Positions 1-8,235 of a stretch of DNA of 64,000 bases are shown here, piece by piece. The notes under the pieces were generated by a model, which saw only the letters and a program-made list of their open reading frames with translations, was not told the origin of the DNA and made no database searches. Source of the DNA: Candidatus Micrarchaeota archaeon. GTDB lineage: Archaea > Micrarchaeota > Micrarchaeia > Micrarchaeales > Micrarchaeaceae. The translations under genes were made by a program, and so were the position numbers. Location of the stretch: positions 614 through 64,613 of the forward strand of contig JAJYWI010000008.1 in assembly GCA_021791535.1 (NCBI GenBank), read 5' to 3'. Each line of letters begins with the position of its first letter. Position 1 is the stretch's first letter.

Positions 1-798
1 GAGGCTGGGATAAAACCTGGCGAGATAGAAGCCGTGGGGTATACCAAGGGGCCTGGCCTTGGGCCGTGCCTTGCAGTGGGCCAGCTTGCTGCGACGCTTA
101 TTTCGAAGAGGTACAAGCTGCCGCTCATGCCGGTCAACCACGCGCTGGGTCATATAGAGGTGACAAAACAGGCGTTCAGGCTGAAAGATCCTCTCGTCCT
201 CTACGTAAGCGGCGGCAACTCGCAGATACTCGGCATCGTCGAAAACCCTTTCAGGCACTATCACGTTTACGGCGAGACGTTCGATATAGGGATTGGCAAC
301 ATGATAGACAGCTTTGCGCGCGCCGCAGGGCTTGTCCCGGCGTGGGGGTCCACTGTTGCAAAAGCGGCAGCCGGAGGCAGGTACTTCGAGATGCCATATA
401 CGGTAAAGGGCATGGACTTCGCATTTACAGGGCTGCAGACCTTTGCTGAGAAGTCGCTTGAGAGTCACTCCGTCAGAGATACCTCATATTCGCTGCAGGA
501 AACTGCCTTCGCGATGCTGTGCGAGGCCACTGAGCGCGCTCTCCTCCTTGCAAGGAAGAGGGAGCTGATGGTCTGCGGCGGTGTAGCTCAGAGCAAGAGG
601 CTGAAGGAGATGCTCGGAATTGTAGCAAAGGAGCATAGAGCAGGCTTCTTCGTCTCGCCGAATGAGCTGAATGCCGATAACGGTGCGATGATTGCCGTTG
701 TAGCAGAGAAGATGTACAGGAGCGGGCAGCACTACAGCGCAGGGCAGTTAAACATAAACCAGAGGTACCGTGTTGATACTGTCAAGGTGACGTGGTGA
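1..798 (+). CDS. kae1: tRNA N6-adenosine threonylcarbamoyltransferase Kae1, C-terminal part (5' end off-window)
   Basis: The reading frame is open to base 1. Kae1/ASKHA motifs are present: GPGLGPCL, VNHALGHIE, GGVAQSKRL. A Bud32 gene follows directly. Confidence 0.85.
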   Translation, partial: EAGIKPGEIEAVGYTKGPGLGPCLAVGQLAATLISKRYKLPLMPVNHALGHIEVTKQAFRLKDPLVLYVSGGNSQILGIVENPFRHYHVYGETFDIGIGNMIDSFARAAGLVPAWGSTVAKAAAGGRYFEMPYTVKGMDFAFTGLQTFAEKSLESHSVRDTSYSLQETAFAMLCEATERALLLARKRELMVCGGVAQSKRLKEMLGIVAKEHRAGFFVSPNELNADNGAMIAVVAEKMYRSGQHYSAGQLNINQRYRVDTVKVTW

Positions 799-802
799 TC
801 GG

Positions 803-1426
803 TTGAGACTCATATCCGAAGGCGCCGAAGCGAGGATCTATGAGACGCGTTTCCTTGGAATGGATACTATAGTCAAGGAGAGGGCGGCGAAGCGGTACAG
901 GATAAAGCAGCTTGATGATAAGCTTAGGCGCCAGCGTACAAAAAGCGAAGCCAGGCTGCTTTACGCTGCGTCATCGCACGGCATGAACGTCCCGAATCCG
1001 CTGCTGGTTGGACTCACAAGCATTTGCATGAGAAGGATACGCGGCAGGAGCCTGCACGAGTTCACCACCGGCTTTGCCAGGATTGGAAGGGCCAGGCTCA
1101 GCGGGGCGCTGCACGATGCGGGGGTGTACTGCGGACTGCTGCACAACCTCGACATAGCACACGGCGACTATACTCCTGCAAACCTTATGCTTGATAACGC
1201 AGGAGAGCTCTGGATAATAGACTTCGGACTTGCAAAGAGCACGAAGTCGCCTGAGGAGAAGGCTTTGGATCTGCTTCTGATGAAAAGGTCTGTAAGCCAG
1301 GACCTTTTCCAGAGGTTCCTTGCCGGCTACAGGAAGAGCTGCGCATATAGCGGCGAGATGATAAAGCGGCTTGCCGAAATAGAGAGGAGGGGCAGGTACC
1401 AGACACATACCCTCATGGCAGGCTGA
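803..1426 (+). CDS. bud32: KEOPS complex Bud32-type serine/threonine kinase
   Basis: Small atypical kinase with HGDYTPANLML and IIDFGLA motifs. TTG start lies 4 nt after the kae1 stop. Confidence 0.8.
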   Translation: MRLISEGAEARIYETRFLGMDTIVKERAAKRYRIKQLDDKLRRQRTKSEARLLYAASSHGMNVPNPLLVGLTSICMRRIRGRSLHEFTTGFARIGRARLSGALHDAGVYCGLLHNLDIAHGDYTPANLMLDNAGELWIIDFGLAKSTKSPEEKALDLLLMKRSVSQDLFQRFLAGYRKSCAYSGEMIKRLAEIERRGRYQTHTLMAG

Positions 1427-2260
1427 TCAGAACCGCATCGGGGATTGGACACCATATGTGAAGCTGCTTGGAAGGGGCGGAGCTGCAGCCTCCTGTTCCT
1501 CTTCCGTGGCGGTTGAACTTACCGCGAACCTCATGCTTATCAGCCCGACTAGCGTCAGCGCGCCTATTATGAAGCCGTAGTCCTGTAAATTTGCTATATA
1601 GACATAGCTGAAGAATATGAAGGCTATAGAGCCGGAGAATATGCTGAGCCAGTATCCTTTCCTTGACTGCGCGAATATGAGGAGGCCACCCACGAACAGA
1701 AATGCGAGTATGATGAGTCCAACAAAGAGCATAACATAGCTCAGGTTCACGCGCTGTATGAAATTGCTGGCTATGAATACCTGTATGCCGACCTTAGCCG
1801 CATTAGTCGCAATGTACGCGAAGAGCGCGTTGACGAAATATATGTACACCAGCATTGTTAGCAGGAAGAGGCTTGCAGGCAGCATGCTCACCTTGTTGAA
1901 AACGAACGTGAGCTGCGGCTTCTCCGTGGCAACCGCAGCGTCTATGTCCTCAAGGCAATAGTACTTGCCGTTGTATTCGGATATGTCCTCGTAGCAGAAG
2001 GGCTTATGGCAGGTGTAACACACAGCATATGCAGGTCTCCATGGATGCCATTCGCAGTAAAGCCCTTTGGCGGCCTGCCTGCTCTGCTCCTTCAGGTCTT
2101 GCCCTTTCTCCTTCTTCTTCTTTTGCGACGCGGCCTTGGCCGGAGGCGGCGTGACCTGTTGAGTCTCGGCAGGCTGCGTTGTGGCCGGTTGAGCCTCGGC
2201 AGGCTGCGTCGCGCTCCCCTCGCGCATCTTGAAGATTAGCAGGTCGGCCTTCTCTACCAT
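1427..2260 (-). CDS. Membrane protein with a B-box-like Cys/His zinc-finger segment and 4 predicted TM helices
   Basis: Contains CEWHPWRPAYAVCYTCHKPFCYED...YYC followed by long hydrophobic segments. N-terminus carries a TQPAE(A/T)Q repeat. Confidence 0.55.
   Translation of the reverse strand: MVEKADLLIFKMREGSATQPAEAQPATTQPAETQQVTPPPAKAASQKKKKEKGQDLKEQSRQAAKGLYCEWHPWRPAYAVCYTCHKPFCYEDISEYNGKYYCLEDIDAAVATEKPQLTFVFNKVSMLPASLFLLTMLVYIYFVNALFAYIATNAAKVGIQVFIASNFIQRVNLSYVMLFVGLIILAFLFVGGLLIFAQSRKGYWLSIFSGSIAFIFFSYVYIANLQDYGFIIGALTLVGLISMRFAVSSTATEEEQEAAAPPLPSSFTYGVQSPMRF
2158..2209. repeat. Tandem 30-nt-period direct repeat inside the CDS (22-mer gttgag[t/c]ctcggcaggctgcgt, two copies)
   Basis: Copies at 2158-2179 and 2188-2209 differ at one base. 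They encode the repeated TQPAE(A/T)Q peptide. Confidence 0.8.
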
Positions 2261-2261
2261 T

Positions 2262-2471
2262 TCAGAACCTTTTCGCGCGTTCTATGGCTTGGCGCTTCTT
2301 CTTCTCGAATATTCCTCGGTGCTTCGCGCAGCTTATGCAGTATACTACCTTCCTGCGCTCGAAGAACCTTACGTCATTGGCGTTCTTAAGCTCGGTGCTG
2401 AAGCGTATGGCTTTTTCATCGATCACAGCTTTGCTTCTCGGCACCTTCCTGCCGCACGATTCGCATACCAC
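2262..2471 (-). CDS. rps26e: Ribosomal protein S26e-like (short form, GTG start, start uncertain)
   Basis: CESCGRKVPRSKAV and VYCISCAKHRGIF resemble the CxxCxxxVPxDKA and YCVSCAIH signatures of eS26. A basic C-terminus is present. Confidence 0.5.
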   Translation of the reverse strand: MVCESCGRKVPRSKAVIDEKAIRFSTELKNANDVRFFERRKVVYCISCAKHRGIFEKKKRQAIERAKRF

Positions 2472-2569
2472 GAGGGTGTCTCTTCCTCTCAGGGCATCAC
2501 CTTATCATTATTCCATCACAAAGCTTAATAACCATGTCAGCAAGATTTATTATCGGCATAGGGGGTCCG

Positions 2570-3217
2570 ATGCGGGTATATTTGGCGTCTGATGACAAGG
2601 GTCTGAGCATACGCTTGGCAAACATAATAAACAGGAGCGGGAACACCTGCATAATGAGCGACGAAGACACAGGCGACTACAGAGTGCTGATAAAGGACAT
2701 ACGTGACTCTATCTCAGGGTATGACGTATCCATACTTGTCTCGAAGACGCCTATGGAGGCGGTAATAGAGGCGAATAAGGTCGGTGGAGTGCGCGCAGCT
2801 GTGTGCAAGGACGTCGATGACGCGGTTTCAGCCATGCACGCAAAGAGCAATGTGATAATACTCGATTCGTCTAAAGTCTACAGGATGGACACAAGGGGCA
2901 TAATCAAGAGCATAGAGGACTCGTTCGGAAACACTGCAGGCAGGCAGAGGCAGATAGTAGAGGTGCAACAAAAGAGGGAGAAGACGGTGCAGCAGCCCGC
3001 TACGCCGCAGAAGCAGTTGGGGGGCGGTGTGCTCGGCTCGATAAAGAGCGCATTCGGAGCTGGTGCGCCTGCGCCAAAGGAGAAGCCTGAGCCGGTAGTG
3101 CAAAAGAGAGCCGCGCAGGAGATGCAGAAGCCTAGGAAGGCGCAGGAGCCACAGCCACAGAACAAGAAGGGCAAGGGCCTGTTCGGGTCGTTAAAGGATA
3201 CTTTCGGTGTAGAGTGA
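2570..3217 (+). CDS. RpiB/LacAB-fold domain protein with a low-complexity tail carrying amphipathic GxxGSxKxxFG repeats
   Basis: N-terminal MRVYLASDDKG...VGGVRAAVC...SNVIILDS resembles the RpiB/LacA/LacB fold, but no CGTG-type catalytic motif is seen. GGGGG precedes the ATG at 2570. Confidence 0.5.
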   Translation: MRVYLASDDKGLSIRLANIINRSGNTCIMSDEDTGDYRVLIKDIRDSISGYDVSILVSKTPMEAVIEANKVGGVRAAVCKDVDDAVSAMHAKSNVIILDSSKVYRMDTRGIIKSIEDSFGNTAGRQRQIVEVQQKREKTVQQPATPQKQLGGGVLGSIKSAFGAGAPAPKEKPEPVVQKRAAQEMQKPRKAQEPQPQNKKGKGLFGSLKDTFGVE

Positions 3218-3528
3218 TGGTGTCTGAATGCGACAGAATGATAAGGACAGCTATACCTGCAGTGAGGGTGGCCGTAGCAAGGCTGCTCAAGCGCAAATAC
3301 AATATGGGGCAGCAGGAGATAGCTGACAGGCTTGGGATAACCCAGGCATCTGTAAACAAGTACATCAATGGCGATTATTCTGACAGGATAGGCAGGAATG
3401 CTGCTTGGGTAAGCAGCGTTGGCCTGGACAGCAAGATAGCCAAGCTCGTAGCCTCAGGCAGAGGTGCTGACACGGTCAACAGGAGCATAGACCTAGCCGC
3501 ATCATCGGTGTATACCAGGCTGCGCTAG
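3217..3528 (+). CDS. Helix-turn-helix transcriptional regulator (XRE-like)
   Basis: QQEIADRLGITQASVNKYING is an HTH signature. The ATG overlaps the upstream TGA (TGATG), which suggests translational coupling. Confidence 0.6.
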   Translation: MVSECDRMIRTAIPAVRVAVARLLKRKYNMGQQEIADRLGITQASVNKYINGDYSDRIGRNAAWVSSVGLDSKIAKLVASGRGADTVNRSIDLAASSVYTRLR

Positions 3529-4097
3529 CGCCTTCTCTTGAACATCAGTATCTCACTGCCTGCATTCTCTATCTGTATTCTTGCAGTATCCTGCTTCTTC
3601 CTGAATCCAGGTAAGACCGCCTCGGCGAACCTCAGCTTCCTGGTTGAGTCGTATATCTCCTTCATTATGTCGAAATACCATTCCGCTTCCTTCACTCTGC
3701 CGGCCCTGAGGGACTCCAATATCTCCCTTTTCAGCTCCCCTTCTACATCCATCAGCCCCATCAGGTATGCTTCGCCGTCCACCCCTACGCTACGCAGCGG
3801 CGTGACCCTTCGTTTTGTCTTTATGTCAGCGAAGATCCTTGCTTCGGCGTACTCCTGATACGCCTGCATAGTATGGTACCTGAACTTTGAGTCCATCTTC
3901 TGCAGCCTCTTCACTGTAGTTGCCATGGAGCGCAGCCTGGCTGCCGCTTTTTTCACCTCGCCGTTGTGCATGAAAGTTATCGCCTGGCCTGCATCGCGGA
4001 TAAGCTCTCTAGAGAGCTGCATCACAACATCGAAGTCTGACTGTTTCCTGGTAAGCCAGCCAGCTATATTCTCTATGTCTGTGTCAAGCGCTTTCAT
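3525..4097 (-). CDS. Translin-family protein (archaeal COG2178-like)
   Basis: All-helical protein with a YQEYAEARIF-type block. The internal ATG at 4097 forms an ATGA overlap with the upstream Ogg stop. The longer ORF to 4157 would overlap Ogg. Confidence 0.55.
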   Translation of the reverse strand: MKALDTDIENIAGWLTRKQSDFDVVMQLSRELIRDAGQAITFMHNGEVKKAAARLRSMATTVKRLQKMDSKFRYHTMQAYQEYAEARIFADIKTKRRVTPLRSVGVDGEAYLMGLMDVEGELKREILESLRAGRVKEAEWYFDIMKEIYDSTRKLRFAEAVLPGFRKKQDTARIQIENAGSEILMFKRRR

Positions 4098-4936
4098 GCC
4101 ATCATCCTCGCTTTGTGGAACAGGTACTGCTGCGCGTATCCCATGTAGTCTCCCCACCTGCTCTCAGCAAAATCGCGTATCTCACGGATCCTCTTCACCT
4201 TTCCTTCGAAGTAGAGTTTCTCCATAGTCCTTTTTATGTGCACGTCTATCGGGAATGCCTTCAGGTTGCCGTAGCCCATCAAGGCTATGCAGTCGGCTAC
4301 CTTTTCACCCACTCCATCTATCTGCATCAGCTCCTCCTTCAGCTTCAAGTACTTGTGGGACGGAAGCTTATCGAGGTCTACGTTGTTTGTGCAGTAATCT
4401 GCTGCCCCGATTATGTACCTTGCGCGGTATCCTGCGCCAAGCCGTTTGAGCTCCTTCTCGGTGGCCTTCGTCATATCTGCGCTTGTCGGGAAGCTCCTTG
4501 CCGATGCCGCGGCGCGGCCCTCTATCTCGCTTCCGTACTTTGCGATTATGCTCCGCGTTATAAGCCGGATGCGCTTCACGTTGTTGAACTGCGATATTAT
4601 GAATACTAGCGTGGTCTCCCATGGGTCGTTTAGCGTAAGCCTCATCCCCCTATACAAATCTATCGCCTTTGCGATGTATGCATCCGTACGTATCTTCTTG
4701 TATATCTTGCCCATGTCGTCTCTGAGCCTGAATCTCCGCCTGACCTCGCTGGTCACATAGCCCCGGCGGCCTCCGCTCACGTGCAAGCTCCCTTTCTCGT
4801 CGCTGCCGGACTGCGTCACACTCACAAGGAGGCTGTCTTGCGGATATACCAACGTGTTGCTCGCCTGGTTGAAGTCAGCATAGAATGTCAGCGGCTGGGC
4901 GCTCTCGAAGGTGTGCCTAAGCGAGAACGTAATCAC
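4094..4936 (-). CDS. ogg: 8-oxoguanine DNA glycosylase/AP lyase (HhH-GPD superfamily)
   Basis: Helix-hairpin-helix motif IDGVGEKVADCIALMGYG followed by FPIDVHIKR. Confidence 0.75.
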   Translation of the reverse strand: MITFSLRHTFESAQPLTFYADFNQASNTLVYPQDSLLVSVTQSGSDEKGSLHVSGGRRGYVTSEVRRRFRLRDDMGKIYKKIRTDAYIAKAIDLYRGMRLTLNDPWETTLVFIISQFNNVKRIRLITRSIIAKYGSEIEGRAAASARSFPTSADMTKATEKELKRLGAGYRARYIIGAADYCTNNVDLDKLPSHKYLKLKEELMQIDGVGEKVADCIALMGYGNLKAFPIDVHIKRTMEKLYFEGKVKRIREIRDFAESRWGDYMGYAQQYLFHKARMMA

Positions 4937-4960
4937 AGGTATGCCTGGCTCGCTTTGCAG

Positions 4961-6436
4961 CTAATCACCGTGAGCGTATGCCTTTTCAAAGAATTCCTTC
5001 AGAGAGGCTATCTTGACCCTGGATTGCGACCTGTCGTCCCTGCTCCTTACAGTGACAGTGCCGTGTTCCTTGTCAGACTTGTCTACGCTCTTGAAATCCA
5101 CAGTTATGCAGTACGGCGTTCCTACATCGTCCATCCTCGCATACCTCCTGCCTATAGAGCCAGAGCTGTCGGTAACAACCTTGAAGCTGTGCTTCAGGCT
5201 CTCATATGTTTCCTGCGCGAGCTTGTCGAGCTGCTCGTCTTTCTGAAGCTGGAACACCGCCGCCTGGTAAGGGGCAAGCAGCTTCGGCAGCGCCAGCACG
5301 CTCCTCTCTCCGTCCTTCTTGTAAAAGACATCCAGGAGCATCCAGATATTCCTGTCCACGCCGAAACTTAGCTCTAGCACGTGCGGGGTTATCCTCTTTC
5401 CGGAGATGTTTACCGAGAGATCCTTGCCAGACCCTTTCGTATGGGAGCTTAAATCGTAATCCGTCCTGTAGTGCAGCCCTCCGACCTCCCTGAACCCTCC
5501 CCAGCTCTCTATATCTACCTCTATGTCCATGTGCACCTTGTTGTAGAACGCCTTCTCATCCCCGCCCTTCTCAAGGAACCTAAACTTTTCCTTGGGAACG
5601 CCTATCACGTCTGTGTAGAACCTGTCTATCAGTGCCATGTGATAGGCGTAGAATTCCGGTATGCCGTACATCTTAGTAAGCTCGTGCGCGCTGAGCAGCT
5701 GCGTCTTCTTGTCGCTGTACGTTACTACAACGAACTTCCTTTCCGGGAGGGCGCCGCTTCCGGGCTTCCATGCCTCGGGGTCGAAGAATATCTGCAGTTC
5801 GGCCTGCGTCAGCTCCCTGAGCCTAAAAAGGCCTTGCCTTGGCGATATTTCGTTCCTGTACGCCTTGCCTATTATCGCAAGGCCTAGCGGCAGCGCCTTC
5901 CTTAGGACGTTGAACTCCTGGAAGAAGTTCAGGTATGCGGATTGCGCGGTCTCCGGCCTGAGGAAGCCCTTCTCTGCTTTTTCCGGGCCGAGGCTTATGC
6001 CGATCATCATGTTGAACGACTTTGACTTTCCGAGGTCGCCGCCGCATCTCGGGCACTTTATCCTATTTTTTCCTATCAGCTTGTCCATCTCTTCTGGAGA
6101 TGCGCCTTCTGACACCGCCACCTTCTTGTCTGCGAGTATCACATCGGTCCTGAAGAATGTATTGCACTTGGTGCAGCCTACCAGCACGTCATTGAACCTT
6201 GATGCGTGGCCGGACGCTATCAGCGGCTTCTCTGGCAGCATCTCGGATCCCTCTATAATGTGATAGTCCTCGTTCTGATCAACGAAATAGGAGAGCCACA
6301 GGCTCTCGAACCTCCTCTTCAGGAGCGCTCCGACATGCCCGTAATCGAATATGCCAGACGCTCCGCCATATATCTCCGCGCTAGGCCAGAAGAAGCCCTT
6401 GCTCTTCGCATACGCAAGCAGTTCTTCTATCTTCAT
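4961..6436 (-). CDS. glyS: Glycine--tRNA ligase (archaeal/eukaryotic type)
   Basis: Class II motif 2-like YRNEISPRQGLFRLRELTQAE. C-terminal anticodon-binding region with RYARMDDVGTPYCITVD. Confidence 0.9.
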   Translation of the reverse strand: MKIEELLAYAKSKGFFWPSAEIYGGASGIFDYGHVGALLKRRFESLWLSYFVDQNEDYHIIEGSEMLPEKPLIASGHASRFNDVLVGCTKCNTFFRTDVILADKKVAVSEGASPEEMDKLIGKNRIKCPRCGGDLGKSKSFNMMIGISLGPEKAEKGFLRPETAQSAYLNFFQEFNVLRKALPLGLAIIGKAYRNEISPRQGLFRLRELTQAELQIFFDPEAWKPGSGALPERKFVVVTYSDKKTQLLSAHELTKMYGIPEFYAYHMALIDRFYTDVIGVPKEKFRFLEKGGDEKAFYNKVHMDIEVDIESWGGFREVGGLHYRTDYDLSSHTKGSGKDLSVNISGKRITPHVLELSFGVDRNIWMLLDVFYKKDGERSVLALPKLLAPYQAAVFQLQKDEQLDKLAQETYESLKHSFKVVTDSSGSIGRRYARMDDVGTPYCITVDFKSVDKSDKEHGTVTVRSRDDRSQSRVKIASLKEFFEKAYAHGD

Positions 6437-6479
6437 ATATCTCGATATACCTCTCTCTAACCAATATAAAAAAGGTGCG

Positions 6480-7715
6480 CTATCTCGGCTTCAGCGTGTA
6501 CATGCCGTATCTGTCGACGTCTATGTATTTTGCGCAGTATCCCCGCACCCCATCAAGGCTCACCCTGCCTATCAGCTCTGGCATCCGTTCCGGCAGGTTT
6601 GGTTCCTGCTCTGTCATCGTCGATATTACAGCCCTGATCGCCATCTCAAGCGGCCTCTCCCTCGCTATCGTGTAGCCTATGCGCAGCTCGTTCTTTATCC
6701 TGTCTATCTCCTTCTTCTTTATTTCGCCGCACTGCAGTTTGTAGAATTCTTTTAGTATCACCTTCTCCGCCTCACTCAGGTTCCTCTGCTCTACGCCGGC
6801 TTCGGCTCCTATGAATCCGTATGTGGAGTAGGTGTAGGCCCTGGCCGCAGGCTCGTACGAGAGGCCGCGCCTCTCCCGCACCTCTTCGAAGAGCCTGTGC
6901 TGGAGCAGCATACCAGCTACAAGCGACGAGAGGTACTCGTTGAGATACTGCTTGCGGAACTCCTGCGTCTTGAATCCTATGCCTATTCTCGCCTGCTTTA
7001 CCCCCCTTCTCGTTATCGTCATGGCAGACCTCTCCTGCTTCTCCCTTGAAGGATGCCTGCTCGGTTTCTTCGTGCGCTTCCTGAATCCGCCGAAGTATTT
7101 TTTTGAGATGCGCATAGCTGTGCTTGCGCCCACCCCTCCGTATACTGAGAGGACCATGTTGCCGGGTGTGTAATAGCTGTCGTATACTCGTGCTAGGTCC
7201 CTTCTTGTCATGCCTTGTATGCTTCTTGGGTTCTCCAGCGACGTGTTCCTTGCCGGGTGCTTCTTGAACAGCACTCGGGGCAGGTAGCCGCCGGACATCT
7301 CCGAGGATGCCGGATTGTCGTGGAACATCAGTATCTCGTTGACTATCGGCCCCTTCTCCATTGTGAACTCTTTTTCTGGCATTGTCGAGTTTCTCACCAT
7401 GTCTGAGAGCATTTCCATGGCCTTGCCGAAGTAGCCCTTATAGGCTGTCATGGTGTAGACCGTATACTCGGAATCGGTGAATGCATTGTCGTCTATGCTG
7501 AAGCGGTTCGTCTCCTCGTCTATGTCCTTCCAGGTCCTTTTCCTCGTCCCTTTGAAGAGCATGTGCTCGAGAAAATGCGACACGCCTATCTTTCCTGGCA
7601 TGTCGTCTATGTAGCCGTATTTTACCCCCAAAGCTACGCCAACGGTCTGCAGGCTGCGCATAGGCGATACTACAAGCGTAAGGCCGTTGCTGAGCATCGT
7701 GGCCTTGGTCTGCAT
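6480..7715 (-). CDS. M16 (insulinase/pitrilysin) family zinc peptidase
   Basis: Inverted zinc-binding motif HFLEHMLFKGT near the N-terminus; length about 410 aa. Confidence 0.8.
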   Translation of the reverse strand: MQTKATMLSNGLTLVVSPMRSLQTVGVALGVKYGYIDDMPGKIGVSHFLEHMLFKGTRKRTWKDIDEETNRFSIDDNAFTDSEYTVYTMTAYKGYFGKAMEMLSDMVRNSTMPEKEFTMEKGPIVNEILMFHDNPASSEMSGGYLPRVLFKKHPARNTSLENPRSIQGMTRRDLARVYDSYYTPGNMVLSVYGGVGASTAMRISKKYFGGFRKRTKKPSRHPSREKQERSAMTITRRGVKQARIGIGFKTQEFRKQYLNEYLSSLVAGMLLQHRLFEEVRERRGLSYEPAARAYTYSTYGFIGAEAGVEQRNLSEAEKVILKEFYKLQCGEIKKKEIDRIKNELRIGYTIARERPLEMAIRAVISTMTEQEPNLPERMPELIGRVSLDGVRGYCAKYIDVDRYGMYTLKPR

Positions 7716-7756
7716 GCTTCTCTTTCGCCGTGCAGCTTAAAATTGTTGCGTGTCGG

Positions 7757-8077
7757 CTAGATGTTAGGGGATAACTGGCCTGGCTCTTCGGCAGCGTTGC
7801 GCATGCGGCGCTCCCTTTCTGCCGACCTCAGCTCTAAGAAATGCTCGAACCCTTCGGTGGGCGCTGCCCTGAGTGGCGGCATTGTGTTGTGTGTATCCCC
7901 TGGCTTGGATCCAGTTACGCCATCTTGCCCTATCCCCCTTAAAAGCTTATCTGCCATCAGGGTTGCTGGATCCCTGCTCCCTACGTTGTCCAATGGCACA
8001 TTTTCTATCAGAGGTGCCGAGACTATGCGCTGGTTCCTTCCTTGCCCCAATATTTCATCTGTCAGCCTTCTTGCCAT
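7757..8077 (-). CDS. Hypothetical protein
   Basis: Only the ORF composition is more protein-like than the overlapping antisense ORF 7761-8219. No motif recognised. Confidence 0.35.
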   Translation of the reverse strand: MARRLTDEILGQGRNQRIVSAPLIENVPLDNVGSRDPATLMADKLLRGIGQDGVTGSKPGDTHNTMPPLRAAPTEGFEHFLELRSAERERRMRNAAEEPGQLSPNI

Positions 8078-8235
8078 AAAATCACTCGAGCGAACAAGAA
8101 GGACTCATACTCAAAGATATTTATACTTTTTGCGTGCGCCGCGACATCTATTGCTATTTTATACCTTATCGGAGATACCTCTCTTGCTGTGGTGTGAATT
8201 TGCCAAAGAAGGGATTTGAGGAGATAAGGGAGCGA

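Noticed and set aside
7761-8219. 152-aa plus-strand ORF
   Set aside because: It is Ser/Leu/Pro/Arg/Cys-rich, typical of an antisense shadow. It overlaps the more protein-like minus ORF 7757-8077 and the nop5 promoter region.
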